Source: Camelus ferus (lineage: Eukaryota). Taken from it: a stretch of 64,000 nt of DNA. Shown piece after piece: positions 24,286 through 36,920 of this stretch. Positions within the stretch are counted from its first letter, which is position 1, and each line of letters opens with the position of its first letter. Under the pieces are notes generated by a model. That model ran no database searches. It was not told where the DNA came from and worked only from the letters and a program-made list of their open reading frames with translations. Where the stretch lies: the NCBI RefSeq assembly GCF_009834535.1, contig NC_045706.1, positions 30,692,001 to 30,756,000 of the forward strand. The letters run 5' to 3'. Both the position numbers and the translations under genes were made by a program.

Positions 24286-24431
24286 GGGGGAAGGGGGTGG
24301 AGGTAGGGGGACGCAGCTAGCTCAGTGGTAGAGTGCATACTTAGCATGCATGAGGTCATCTGTTTAATCCTCAATACCTCCATTATAAACAAACAAACCT
24401 AATTACCCTCCCAACAAACAAACAAACAAAA
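24286..24431 (+). mobile_element. tRNA-derived SINE, Vic-1-like (camelid)
   Basis: A box TAGCTCAGTGG at 24318-24328, 'tagagtgcatacttagcatgcatgaggtc', a decayed B box, 'acctaattaccctccc' and an (AAAC)n tail. Confidence 0.8.
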
Positions 24432-25034
24432 GGCCAGCGAGTTACAATCCTCTGTGGTGAGGTTGAGAAAAGAGTCATCTGGTGTGATTAGAGATTGCAC
24501 TTGACTTATATCAGTGGGGAGCGACTAGGCAGCACTGTGGACAGATTAGTACTCGTCAGGTAGACTAATTAGAGGGTTTGCTAGTTGAGGCAAATGCTTT
24601 CCAGGGCAGAGGGAGCTTGTTCCAGGGCTAGAAAGAGAAGGAAGAAACTAAGATGAAAGATACTAAGGGAGCAGCGTGATTGAATTAAATTAATAAGTAA
24701 ATCATGCTGGGCAGGCTCATCGGGCCAGGCTTCCTCACGCTCTTCTGTGAAATGGGACGGCAGGCTGCTTTCCTCCTGATGGGAATTAGCCTGTGCGTGC
24801 CTGCAGGGCCGGGTGCAGTGGCTGTGCAAGAGGCCAAACTGAGGCCACTAGCTACCTTAGAGTGGAGACGGAGACCCTAAGAGGGAGGAGACACAAAAAT
24901 AGAAGTGATAACAAAAGACACTATTTTCCCAAAAGTCAAATGCAGAGCATTTCTTCAACCAGGGCGAGCTGTGGTCTCACCCTCATAAGGTCCTTCTCTC
25001 CCACCCTGGTTGTCCCACCTGAGGGGCAAGGTGT

Positions 25035-25520
25035 CAGTCAGCAGTTGTTTAATTGCAACAAACTCAAGCTTGCTTAAGTAAAGTGTGGGGTGTCCCCCCC
25101 CCAAAAGTTTGAAATTCCCCAGAATGTAATCACGGGCCTAACACCTAACAGGAGCCAGACTCGTGTCGGGCAGGGAGGCGTTTGCTCTCCCTCCGCCGGC
25201 GACTGTGGGCCTCAGCCCCCCGCTCCTCCCGGTCCAAGCATCCATTTCCTCCCTGCACACTGGCTGCCTCAGTGGGGACTCTACCTCCCGCTCCCTGGCA
25301 GTTAGCAGCTTGCATGGGGCTCTGGATGACGGAACAGGTGCCTTGGAGCCTGACTCCACATCTGCTACAGCATCAGTGTCTCTTTAATCGGGAAGCTTGA
25401 GAGGAAGAATCCAATTGGTTCAGTTTTGGTCAGGTGCTCACCCCTGGTCCAATCAGCTGTGCCAAGGGGATACGGCAGCTCCGGACGGCCAAGGCGGGGA
25501 TCCCAGATGCGTCCGCTACA
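25035..25520. mobile_element. Highly decayed MLT1-type LTR
   Basis: 'caaactcaagcttgcttaagtaaag' and 'attggttcagttttggtcaggtgctcacccctggtccaatcagctgtg'. Confidence 0.5.
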
Positions 25521-26114
25521 CGAGGTAAGCTTCTGAGGGCGGAGAACATGAATCCCCCCAGCTTACCTCCCTCCAGTTTGGGGCTTAGACCTGCTTCTTC
25601 CCATCTTTAAGCTGTAATCTGACCCAACCCCCGCCCCCTCCCTTACGGAGCCCCCTTCTTTCTGTAAGTAATGCAGCGCGTGGAAAGGGATGAGCTTTGG
25701 AATGAGCAGAGCTTGTTTCACTCCTGACTTGATCACTAGGAGCTCAAGCTTTGGGGGCAACTCTATTACTGAGCCTTTGTCTCCTCATCTATAAAATGGG
25801 GGAGAATTATATGTACCTCAAAGGGATATTGTAAGGACCAACGGTGATAAAAGAATCTAAAAACATTATCATAGTGCCTGGTATGTAGTAGTTATATGGC
25901 AAATGCTCTTTTCCTCCTCCTTTTTATGCCCCACTCCTTCCCCACTGCTGGGGAGACATTCAGAACCCTGCGGGATGTTGGAGGGGTGGCCCAGGCTTAG
26001 ATGAATAAATGTGATGCCCTTCAGCTGTGGCACACAAGCAGCTTGATGGACATCTGATTCATCTGTGGGAGCATGTCAGCTTCTCAACTAGGCACATAGC
26101 ATGTTCTTTGCTAA

Positions 26115-26802
26115 TTTAAAAAATTGTGTTCAGATATACATAGCATAAAATTTACCATTTTAACCATTTTTAAGTGTACAGTTTAGTGGCATTAAGTAAC
26201 TTTACATTGTTTACTTTTTCATCTTTCCAAACTAAAACTTTGTGCCCATTAAATAATAATTTCCCACTCCCCTCAACCCCTGGCAACTATCATTCCACTT
26301 TCTGGCTCTATGAATTTGATTACTCGAAGTACCTCATATCAGTGGAGTCAGGTAATACTTTTCCTTTTGTGACTGGCTTTTGTGATTGGCACGGTGTCTT
26401 CAAGGTTCATCTGTGTTGTAGTATGTGTCAGAATTCCCTTCCTTTTTATAATATTCCATTGCGTGTCTACACCACCTCTTGTTTATCCATTCTTATCTGT
26501 CGATGGACTCTTGAGTTGCTTCTGCCTTTTTGGCTGTTGTGAATCATGCTGTGAACATGGGTGTACAAGTACTGTTTGAGTCACCGCTTTCAACTCTTTC
26601 AGGTTTATGCCTAGAAGTAGAATTGCTGGATCATTTGGTAATTCTGTGTTTAATTTTTTGAGATAACACCATACTGTTTTCCATCGTGGCTACACAGTGC
26701 AAACGGTTCTAATTTCTCCACTTCTTCACCACCACTTAATGTTTTCTGTGTTTATTGTTCATTTATGTGTTTGGGGATAATAGTCATCTTAATAGGTATG
26801 AA
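26115..26802 (-). mobile_element. L1 (L1MB-like) 3' fragment
   Basis: 'taaaatttaccattttaaccatttttaagtgtacagtttagtggcattaagta...gaattgctggatcat'. Confidence 0.88.
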
Positions 26803-28067
26803 CAGTAGATTCTTAGCAATTCTCTGCTGACTTGGATTTTCAGCTCACGCTTGCCTTATTAACTCAATTTGAGAATCACTGCAGTAATTCTGCTGCAGTG
26901 GCCAGCAAGGAGGCAGCCCTCCTGTGACTGGACGCCTGCCTGGCAGGGACCCAGCAGCAGCCTGAGAGCCTGATGTCCTCTTGGCCAATGGAGCCCTGGC
27001 CTCGTAAGATCTGCATCGCCAAGGTCGTGCTCGGAGCCTGAAGACCTGGTACTGCAGGGGAAATAGCTGAAGGCAAATGGGAAATAGCCTTGGTACCCTG
27101 AAGTTCCAGGTCTCCCAGTTGGCCTGGGCTTCTCAGGTCAAGGCTGCAACCAGAGGTCACCCAGCAGCACATCCTGGGAGATCAGAGTAGCCCTAGATCA
27201 GGTGCCCCGTAATTCTCTCCCCTAACATCCTATACTCCTTCATGGCACCTACTGGAACATGTAGCTATGTATTTGCTGGGTTATTTGATTTCTATCTGCC
27301 TCCTCCGTCAGGCAGTAAGCTTCATGAGGGCAGGGACCATGTCTCTTTCTCCAGCACCTACCTTAATGCCTGGCAGATAGTAAATGACCAATAAGTGTTA
27401 CTGAATGAATGATTCTGACTCCTTTCTTCATTCATTGAGTTCAAGGTCTCTCAGGCCAGGGGGATCATAGGACCAAATGGGACCAGATCCATAAACTACA
27501 AAACTGATCTTGAGTGTTTGGGACTTCAGGGTTTCCACATGCTGACTGGGACTCATTAGGCTGCATCTCCAAGGAAGCCAGAAGCCAGGGGAGCCCCAGC
27601 CCATCTCTGATCTCGGCATTAGGACTTTGGTCTAATTTAGGGTGAGAAACCTCTCTGAACTTCAGTTTTCCTAGCTGTGAAGTGGGTATAAGACCTACCT
27701 TTGAAGGTTGTAAAAGTCAAATGAGACGATGTATTTTTAAGGTGCCTGGAGTAAAAATAGATGTTTATCCCCACCTCGCCTCTTGAAGCCTGGCGCTCTT
27801 TGCACATTGCAAAGTGAAAAATTAGTAGGCTGGGCTAGGGAACAAAGAAATAAGAAGTTGGCAAATCGAATGAGGACAGTTGTTGCAGGACCTGTATGCT
27901 CTCCTTGTAGAAGGTGAAGCTACAAACCTAGAAAAGAAGTCTACATGGGGTTCATATTTTGTCCAAAAATACTAGTTAATTTGGTGAGAATAAAACAGAT
28001 CATTTTACTATTTTTTAACTTCATTCGGCAGTCATTTGTGTGCCTGCTGTGTGCTCAATTATTTAGA

Positions 28068-28246
28068 GCAGATACGTCCAGTAGAACTTTCTTTGATGAT
28101 TGTGGTGTTCAAGACCTGCCCTGTCTCATATGTTAGCCACTAGCCACGTGTGGATAACTTGATGAATTGAGTTGTATCATTTAAGTTAATTTAACTTAAA
28201 TACGCATGGACACATGAGGTTATTGACGACTGTACTGGACAGCACA
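28068..28246. mobile_element. MER3-like hAT-Charlie element
   Basis: 'gtccagtagaactttc...tagccactagccacgtgtgg...tactggacagcacag' with inverted termini. Confidence 0.7.
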
Positions 28247-30874
28247 GAGAGCAGGAGAATAGCCAGAGTGGTAAGGGTCCACGATGCCCTCTCACTCACC
28301 GTTGCCCAGCATTTCTCTACCGCTGTTGTCTCATCGGTAGACTGGAGGGAATAAGAGCCCCTACCTCGGAGGGTCATTGCCAAGATTAGCATGAGTAAAA
28401 CGAAAGCCCGCAGAAAGTGCTTTAAGTGTTTGCTGCTGCTCAGGCCTTCCAGAGATGCTGGCCTGGTGAGTCACAACCTCATACGATACCACCACCATTT
28501 ACTAAATTCTCACACTGTTCACATCTGTGTGTATTATCTGATTTAACCCTCATGTTATTTTTAGGAAGTTGGTATTCTTATGATCTTTATTTTACCCAGG
28601 AGGAAACTGAGGCAGAGACAGGTCAGGGTTCAACTCAGGGCTGTCTGATTCCAGAGCCTCCGCGTGTCTTCCTGGAGGTCATCATGGCTACAGAGATAAA
28701 ACACATCTGCCTAAAGCAACCAAGTCAGTTATGGACACTTCCTCCCCACTCTGAACGGAATGAGTTGTTGAGTGTGCTGGGGTCACCTGGGCCCAGTCTG
28801 AAAGAGGAAGAATGGGCACCAAGAACAAAGGAACTTTTTTAAAAAAAAGAAGAAAAACAAACCCCAGCCTTCCTGGGGTGAGTTTCCATGGGGTAATGAA
28901 AGCCTTTAGTGCTGTGACTCAGAAGCTCAGAGTTGACATAGCTTAGCAGTGAATCAGTTCCCCTGATAATCAAGTGGGAGCCGTTTTAGGAGTGGAGACT
29001 ACAACTCTTAGTTGTTAAATGTAAAGTATTAAAAAACCTGATACTTGAGTGGCAGGATAAGACTCCCTTTCACCTCACCTTAGTTTTTTGGTTTATTATG
29101 TTCATCATCTTTTCATCCCAATGGCACTGCTTATAAATTAAAAACAAAAACCAGACTTTCCCTTATCTTTATTTCATTACTAAGAGATTAAAAATGTCCT
29201 TTTTGTTTATCTCTCTTCACTGTTGGAATTCCCTGCCTGGACTGTCCCTGTCTCTCCCCCTCCTCTCTGTAGCTGCTGTTTCTTCCTACTGCTCCCTCAA
29301 GCATGAACTCATTCAACAAACGTTGGCTGAGAGTGTACTTGGCCGGGTCATGGGCTCAGCACCGCAAGTCAGGTGGGGAACAAGCCAGTCGTGGCCCCTG
29401 CCCGCGTGCGGCGTGTAGTATAGCTGTCGATCCGGTGAGGGATCAGTGAATTCCGAGTTAAATGAGGTTAAACTCCTGGAAAGGAAGCATTATTCTTTGT
29501 GGATTATAGTGATGACGCGCACTTTCTAGCTATTAAGCATGGCTAAGTGCTTCGTATATATTCATTCATTTAATTCTCAGCAAAAAAAATGAAGTCCCTC
29601 ATTTTATAGCTGAAGAGGCCAGTCTTGGGGAGGGTGGGTTGCCAAAGCAGGTTCCAGGTGGAGCTGGAATACACACGCCTGCAGCCGAGGCTGTAACACC
29701 CCTGTGTCATGAGGCTGGGTCTCGGCACTACCTGCGTCCCACCCACCGTGGGGTAATTAGTGCACCTGGGTTCAGGGCTCAGCTCCCGAAGGCTGACAAT
29801 CCAGGCTCTGGGTCTGTGGGCAAATTCAGCCCTGAGGGCTTCTGGCCAGACCAGTGCCAGGGCCTGGGGCAGTGGTGCTTTTGATCCAGACTTCAGAGAC
29901 CGTGTGTGGTCCTCTAGATGCTCTCTGGTTTGTCCCAGTGTGCTGGACACGTTACAGTGCCCCCCCATGTGTGACAGGGCTTGAGGAAGGGGCCTCCTCC
30001 CAGGGCTCCTACAGTGTAGAAGGCCCTTTCCTGGGCTGGATGGCCTTTGTTCACAACTCTCGCAGGTGTCCAGGGCATGTACTGTTTATACTCATTTTGC
30101 AGATGAGGTGACTGAGTCTCAGAGAGGACAAGAGTGCCTAAAGCTGGGTGACCAGGGAGAGACAAGGACTAGAACCCCAGTCCTGAGACGTTTTTTGCCC
30201 CATGCTTCTTCCTGTCTGCCCGGCTTTCCTGGTGCTTAGCATCTCTCTTGCGTTAAATCTACACTCCATCCCCTCCCATGGACAAACTGCCGTCCACAGA
30301 CACTCCTAGCTGTCCCTCGTACCTGTAGCCACGGCCCCTCCTAGCTTGCTCCAGAGCCCAGAGGCCAAAGCCATTCTCAGCATAGGAAGGAGGGCTGAGC
30401 ACAGGGGTTCAAAACTGCTGGCAATGGCAAAAATCCCATTTAAAAAGATTGTTAATGATAGGACACCAGGATCTGCAGCTGAGAGTAATTCAGCTAACAT
30501 TGTTGCCTAGGAGGGGTAGGATGGAGTTATCAAGATTTCTACTGTGCTTCATACCTATTTCCAGAGTTCTTTTCTGGGACTGTTTTCTCTTGAGACTAGT
30601 TCTTGGAGTCAGGAGGGCAAAGGAACTAGACCCTCTGCACGTTGTCGGATGGAGGCTGTTTCTGATTCTAATTCTAATCCCACGCACAGGGGTGTCCCCT
30701 ATGTCCCAGCACTTAAACACCCTCTCCTTTGATCCTCATCGCAGCCCTGCGAGGTTGGCTTTTTCACCCCCTTTTTCCAGGACATCAAAGCCTTAAGGGA
30801 CTCTTTTGAAACTCTAGGAACCGCTTATCTCCTCAGTCTGGGTCCCAAGTGAATCTGCCAAGCACCAGCCTTAA

Positions 30875-31322
30875 TGTAACCGAGCAGGACCCTTGGGGGC
30901 CTTCCTGGGGCAGACCCCTCCCTGTAATCCTCTGCTGTAGCTCCTCTCTGAGGTACCCAGATAATGGTACCTCATGAGTCTTTCATGAGTTTTTCAGATG
31001 CTAAAAAACCACCACCACTTGGAAGAAATTAACTACTTGATGGTCATGAGCACGTAGCCCCTAGACCTACTGGCGCCTGATTGATCACCGTCAACCAATC
31101 AGAGAATCATGCACAGCTGATCACAAACCCTGGGCTGCCCCTCCCTCAGCTGGCCTTAAACAAAAAACAAAACCCAGCTGAAACCCTTAAGGGAGTTCAG
31201 GGGTTCTGGACATGAGCCACACGTTCTGCTTGCTCATCCCTGCAGTAAACCTCTTTCTGCCCCAAACTCCGATGTTTCGGTTTGTTTGGCCTCACTGTGC
31301 GTTGGGCACACATTCAGTAACA
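30875..31322 (+). mobile_element. ERV1-class solo LTR, 448 bp
   Basis: TG...CA termini (TGTAAC...GTAACA), 4-bp TSD TTAA at 30871-30874 and 31323-31326, internal CCAAT and an AGTAAA poly(A)-like signal. Confidence 0.88.
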
Positions 31323-33799
31323 TTAATTCAGCTTCTAGCATATTACGTTTCAGAAACATACCAGCTGGAGGCATGAGAGGTTAAGAGTCTCAGGAGCCAG
31401 AAGACCTGCATTGAGATTCTGGCTTTGTTTCTTCCTAGCAGGTGAGCCTGGACAAACTACTTAATTTTATTGTGCTATTGTGCTTAAATAAGGTTAGTAA
31501 TAGCAACAGGTAACGTACAAAGTCCTTAGAAGAGTGCCTGGCATATTATGATCCCAAATTTGGTAGCTGTTATTCCTGGGTATTAGGTCCCCATATTTAT
31601 TAATGAAGGAATCTCGGTATAGTAAGTGGGAATAAGTGCCCAAGGTCCCCCGCCGGTGAGTGTGAGATGTGGCAGGTCGCCCGGCACCCTCAGCTGGAGG
31701 CGGTGGTGAGGGGCACAGGTTTGGAAAGGAGGTGGGCTTGGGGCTGAAGCACAGCTCCGCCACTTACTAGCTCTGCGATCTTGGCAAGTCAGTTAACATC
31801 CCTGAACCTCAGCTTCCTCATCTGCAGAACGGGAACTCTGGTACCTCCCTTGTAAGGATTAGATATGAATGTGTTTAAAGTACCCGGCACAGGGTGGATG
31901 CTCACACACAAATAAATGAAGAAAATAAAGAGGCACGTGGTTCAATTCTCCACCAGGGCAGCCGATCCAGGTGCCTGGCCCACTGGGGCTGCCTCTACCT
32001 GTAACCTGGGTAGTTGGCAGAGCTGGAATATGACCACACCCCAGGGTCAGCATTTAGGAAGTAGATTCTGTGTGGGCCGTTTAGATCGACTGGGCTTCAC
32101 CGCAGCTCCCTTGAGGGTTTGTTTTTTTTTTTTTTTTTTTTAGGGTTTGGTTTTGATTCAAGAGTGTGTGTGTCTGAAAGGGCAGCTCCTGAGGCCACTG
32201 GGGCACAGGCGGGTGCCGAAAGCAGAGCAGTAACTCAGCCTGCCTTTTTGTCTGGGCCTTCCTTTTATCAGCGATATCAGTGACTGTTTCAGAAATGGAC
32301 AAAACAGCCTTGCTTTGTGTCACGGTTGCCATTTGGCCAAAACACCTTTCCCCTGGAACTCGTTTGACAACATCTCCTGGAGCAAGAGGGCAGCCAGGGT
32401 TGGGAAGCAAAAAGTCAGAGATAACTCCTTCAGCCAGGTCGACCTGGATGGGCCATATGTCCTCGTGCTCCCCCGGGTCCCTGCAAGACCTGAGGGCGGA
32501 GGAGTCTCCTGTTGGCCCTTCCCGGAGCCTTCTCTGCCTCCCTGTTCCTGTGGAAGTTCTTTCAGGTGCCGGTAGCTGCCAGGCTGACTGCCAGGGAGGA
32601 GCAGGCACTACCCACATGCCAGCTGCCTCGGGCAGGTCTTGGAGTTCTGGAATGGAGCCATGTGAGTGAGAGACCTGCTCCACCAGGGCTGTGCCCAGCA
32701 CCACTGGGCACTTCCTTTAGTCACTGGGGTCCTGTTCACAGCTTGGGAAACCCCCTGGGGTCCACCAGGGGTGCTGCTCAGGTGCTGTAAGAAGAGATAA
32801 TATAATCTCTTCTGTTGGTTTAGGGTTTACTGTATGCTAGGCCCTATGCTGAGCACTTTGTATTCATTCTCTTACCTAATTATTCAAGCAACTTTAGTAA
32901 CAATGCTTATATGAGCTTATGAAGTCCTGTTCACTCAAATCATGGATTAATCACTCCGGGGGGAAATAGCAGTAGTAATAAAATACAGTCCCAGTCTTGA
33001 AGGAGTCACTGGTCTTAATCTTCCAATTTTGGAAATTGCTCTGTGTCTCTGCTCCACCACTCACTAGCTATATGACCTCTAATAAGTTACTTACCCTCTC
33101 TGTGTCTTGGTTTCTTCTTCTGCCGCTGGAGATGAAAATAATAGAATTGACCTCTTAGGGTTGTGGTGAAGATTAAATGAGACAGTCCATGGGAAGCACT
33201 GGGACCAGTGACTAGTTGAGAGTGCTTAATAACTGTTAGCCACGTGTGGAAGGGCTTCAGAGAGATCTGTGACATTTTAGGCTGGATAGTGGATGACTTT
33301 GTATGTCTGTGAATGTTTCTCAAAACAAAGGCGGCATAACTCAGCACCCAGAGAAGATGCAGAAAAATTTCTGAACAGGAGGTTGAGTTTAGATGCATGG
33401 ATGATCCACTTTGTTTAACAAAGAGCTGAAACTTTGTAAATAGCACCTGTACTTCACCTGGGGCCATTTAAGTAAGACACAGCAATCTAACCAATCAGGT
33501 CTTAGGGGAACTTCATAAGGCACATGTTCTACTGGACCTGGAAGAAAACTAAGAGATCATCTAGTCTAAATTCACCAGTCTCCACAAGGACTCTGAGCTC
33601 GGTGGCTGAGCTTTATGTCCCCCTGATGATAATAGCTCAGAGAAACAGAGAGTTCACTGATTTGAAAGTCCATTCGGAAGAGCTGGACCAACACCTATCT
33701 TCTCCTTGCAGGATTGTTAAGATCAGTGAGGTGGTGTGCCTTTGGAAATATTTAAAGTGTGTTACCATACTAGATGTTACTACTTCCAGAGCACCTGGT

Positions 33800-34207
33800 A
33801 TTAGTGGTTGGTTCAGTTTCTCTAGAACCAATAGGATATATGTACATATACATGGAGAGACAGAGACAGAGACAGAGATGGGAAGAGGGCTCATGCAGTT
33901 GTAGAGGGTGGCAAGTCTGAAATCTATAGGGCAGACCAGCAGGCTGGAGATGTGGGCAGGATTTCTGGTACAGTCTTGAGTAGAATTCCTTCTTCTCCAG
34001 GAAACCTCAGTTTTTTCCTCTTAAGGCCTTCAACTGCTTGGATGAGGCCCACACACTTTACGGGGAGTAATCTGTTTTACTTCAAGACAGTCGATTGTAA
34101 ATGGTAATCACATCTATAAAATACCCTCACAGCAACATCTAGACTAGTGTTGGCCCAAACAACTGGCACCATAGCCTAGACAAGTCGACACAGAATTAAC
34201 CATCACC
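33800..34207. mobile_element. MLT2-family (ERVL) LTR
   Basis: 'agaaccaatagga...ggcaagtctgaaatc...ggccttcaactg...ggatgaggcccac...cacagcaacatctagactagtgtt...aattaaccatcac'. Confidence 0.8.
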
Positions 34208-34929
34208 TTGGTCCTCTCAGCACAGATGTACCAATCCAGTCTTAGAAGTCATGGTGTCCCTCTTGCCTGTTCAGTAAGAATTTAGCATGCTGTTTGGTAG
34301 GTGAAAAGCAAAGGAAATTGTCCCATGGCAAGAGGGCGCGGTGGGTTGGCAAGGAGTGCTTGTTCAGTTCTCAGGAAACCTTACTGGGAGGTTGGCATGC
34401 AGGTTAATTACTGCAGAGGTGACCTTCACAGAACTGAGAGTGAAGCAGGTGTAGGTAATCAAAAAACAGGAAATATCCCAAAGAATGCCTTGAGTCGTGG
34501 CCCAGAGTGTATTCTGCATTTGAATCAGTTTTATACTCTGGGTTGAAAGTATTTAACACTCATCTTCATAACATTAGAGGTGGGGCTCGGGGGAGGAAGG
34601 GGTTGTGGAGAGGGGAAGGAGTTTCCTGTAATTTAATCTGATGTTTAGCACCTGCAACTGAAACCTGTTTTTTTTTTTTTAGAAGAGGCGGAATTGAATA
34701 ATTGAATAATCTGAAAGTGCAACTCTGTAGCTGCTGATAAGACACGAATTTATGTACATTTTTTTGGCTGACATGTTTATGTGTGAGAACAGGGTTTCAA
34801 TAAAATGTAACGTGTACACATTTTGATAAAAATCAGAGCCTCCTTCTTGGAAGGGATTGAGCTGGGTTTCTCCAGAGGTAGGAACTAATGCCAACTTCTT
34901 AATCTTTACTTATTAGCTAGGGACAGAGG

Positions 34930-35127
34930 AGGGTAGAGTCTGGACTAGTCCTGAATTAGAAGGTTTCTTCCTAGCTCTGTGATCTTGGGCAAGTTCTCTA
35001 ACCATTCTGGGCTTGGTTTGCTTATCTACAAATTGAGGATATTAACAGTGCCTACGTCGTAGGCTTGCTGGAAGAATTAAACGAAATGACGTATGTAGAA
35101 GATTTAGCACATGCCTGAAGTGAGCGC
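34930..35127 (+). mobile_element. MIR whose 3' tail overlaps a reverse CTCF motif
   Basis: 'tgtgatcttgggcaagtt...atctacaaattgaggatattaacagtgcctac...ttagcacatgcctg..gtgagcgc'. Confidence 0.75.
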
Positions 35128-35137
35128 CCCCTAGAGG
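35124..35137 (-). promoter_or_regulatory. Candidate CTCF site in MYOF intron 1 (reverse orientation)
   Basis: GCGCCCCCTAGAGG on + reads CCTCTAGGGGGCGC on -, one tolerated deviation from the core consensus. Confidence 0.65.
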
Positions 35138-36776
35138 GTAGCGCCATTAGCATCAGCATTCTGCGCAAGTCCCAGGCTGGGCAGGAAGTTCCACTTGAAT
35201 AGTCCCACCAGGTCTGTGGTCAACGCCCGGCATCTGCTGGGACTCATCCCCTCTGCTTTGTTGTCAACACACAGCTGAACCATGTGTTCAGGAACATGGC
35301 TTAGGAGAATCATTGAGCAACTTGGTTTTCTCGGCGGATAATGAATTCTTAAAGTTATAATGTCCAGTTTCTAACACCTTCCTTCTTAAGTAGCTTGTAT
35401 CAGCTACATGAAGCTTTGCCTGGGCTTCACGATGTGACCATGACCTTCCCACACATCCTTGTTGCCTTGATCCTGTGGTTCCAGCTCACTGGACTGTGCA
35501 GTATCCCCAGACATGACCTGTTCTCTCTTCCTCTGTGGCTGACCACCCCCACACTGTTGCCCCCATCTAGAGTGACCTTTTCTTCTCAGTTCCACATTTT
35601 CCATTCCTTCCATCCACAGCTGGGTCTCTGCTTTTCTCTGCGAGGCCTGTAGTTCGCCAGCCTAAAGTCACCTCCCCTTCCTCTGAATTTGCATTTTCAT
35701 CTGTTACCCCTCTGAAGCCTTCTTTTTACATCAGTCACCGTGGCCACATCTGCCTCCTTGCAGGACCAATGATGGCAGGAACCCTGTCTTGGGTATCTTT
35801 GTATCTCCCGTTGAACGGTGACCAGTTCAATGCTTGGCAACTGATATTTCAAAAACATTTGTTGGATGGAGGAATCAGGAAGTTGACTGATGTTGTGGAA
35901 GAACTCACTTGGTGGATCATTTCCATGGGCTGATCTACAAAGGGATCCCTTGGCATGATCTGGCCAGTCATCATTCCCATTATTCCCCCTCCTGTGGGAG
36001 GGGACTCCAAGATAAAAATAAAGCAGGAAAGAGCATGGAGGGGGAGGCTTCTTATACTTGGTGAAAAAATGCAGAAAGATTTGTTTGGTCCTCTATTCGA
36101 TAGCCCATAAACTACACTGATGGAACGTTTTAAGACCAGAAACTATCTTACACTCTTTTTTTCCCCCAGTTGCTAGCGCATAGGAGGTGCTTAATATATG
36201 TTTGAGAATGACTGAATGAACAAGGGCCCCTTTACACACTTTTCAACTGCTGACTCCAGAACAATACTGTCCCTACTGGGGGAGGGAGGCTCAGTAGTAC
36301 CAGCTCAGCCTCGAGAGAGCCTGACAGCGTATCTTCTCATTCTCTGATTCCCAGGTCAGTAACCAGGCTTGGGACTCAATTCAAGTGAGCAAGTGCTGGC
36401 TCTTTCCACAGCCTTCCTGGAGCCCTTGTTTCTGCCTTAGCTCCCTGCCTGGAATCTTAGGGACTTGGAGGAGACTGGAATTTTGCTCCACTACCGTCCT
36501 GCAGTACTCCCAGTCCTAGCCCATGCCTTGTGCCCAATTTCTAGAAATTATTTGCTTCCTTCTTCTTGCTTTATCTATTTGCTGGGACCTCGTGCAATTG
36601 TCCATCTTCTCTCTTGAAGTCCTGCCGTGGTCTCAGGGTCCAGATTCACTCCTTCCTGACTCAGTTCTCCACCCCCTTCTCCCACCTCCCCCACCCCAAG
36701 CCCTGGTGATGGCAGCAAGGGTGGCGGTGAGCTGCAGGGAGATTAATGGGACCCTTTCATGCTTATCAAAGGCAGG

Positions 36777-36920
36777 AATTTCTAACCTTGTCAAGGTCAC
36801 TAACTCAGTTGAGAATCCAATGAGAGCAATAAACTCTCTCCCTAGAAGAACCGCCAGATGAAATATTTTGTGTCTTGGAGCGTATATAGTCTTAGACACT
36901 TTCAGGATACCCTGAAACCT
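36777..36920. mobile_element. hAT-Charlie fragment (MER103C/Charlie4z-like)
   Basis: 'tttctaacctt...ttgagaatccaatgagagcaataaactctctccctagaa'. Confidence 0.5.

Noticed and set aside
24318..24380. tRNA-like sequence (TAGCTCAGTGGTAGAG)
   Set aside because: It is the head of a SINE with a decayed B box and an A-rich tail, not a tRNA gene.
32081..32790. 207-aa minus-strand ORF and overlapping plus-strand ORFs in MYOF intron 1
   Set aside because: GC-rich intronic DNA; the ORF runs through a poly-T/A tract and shows no recognisable homology or splice structure.
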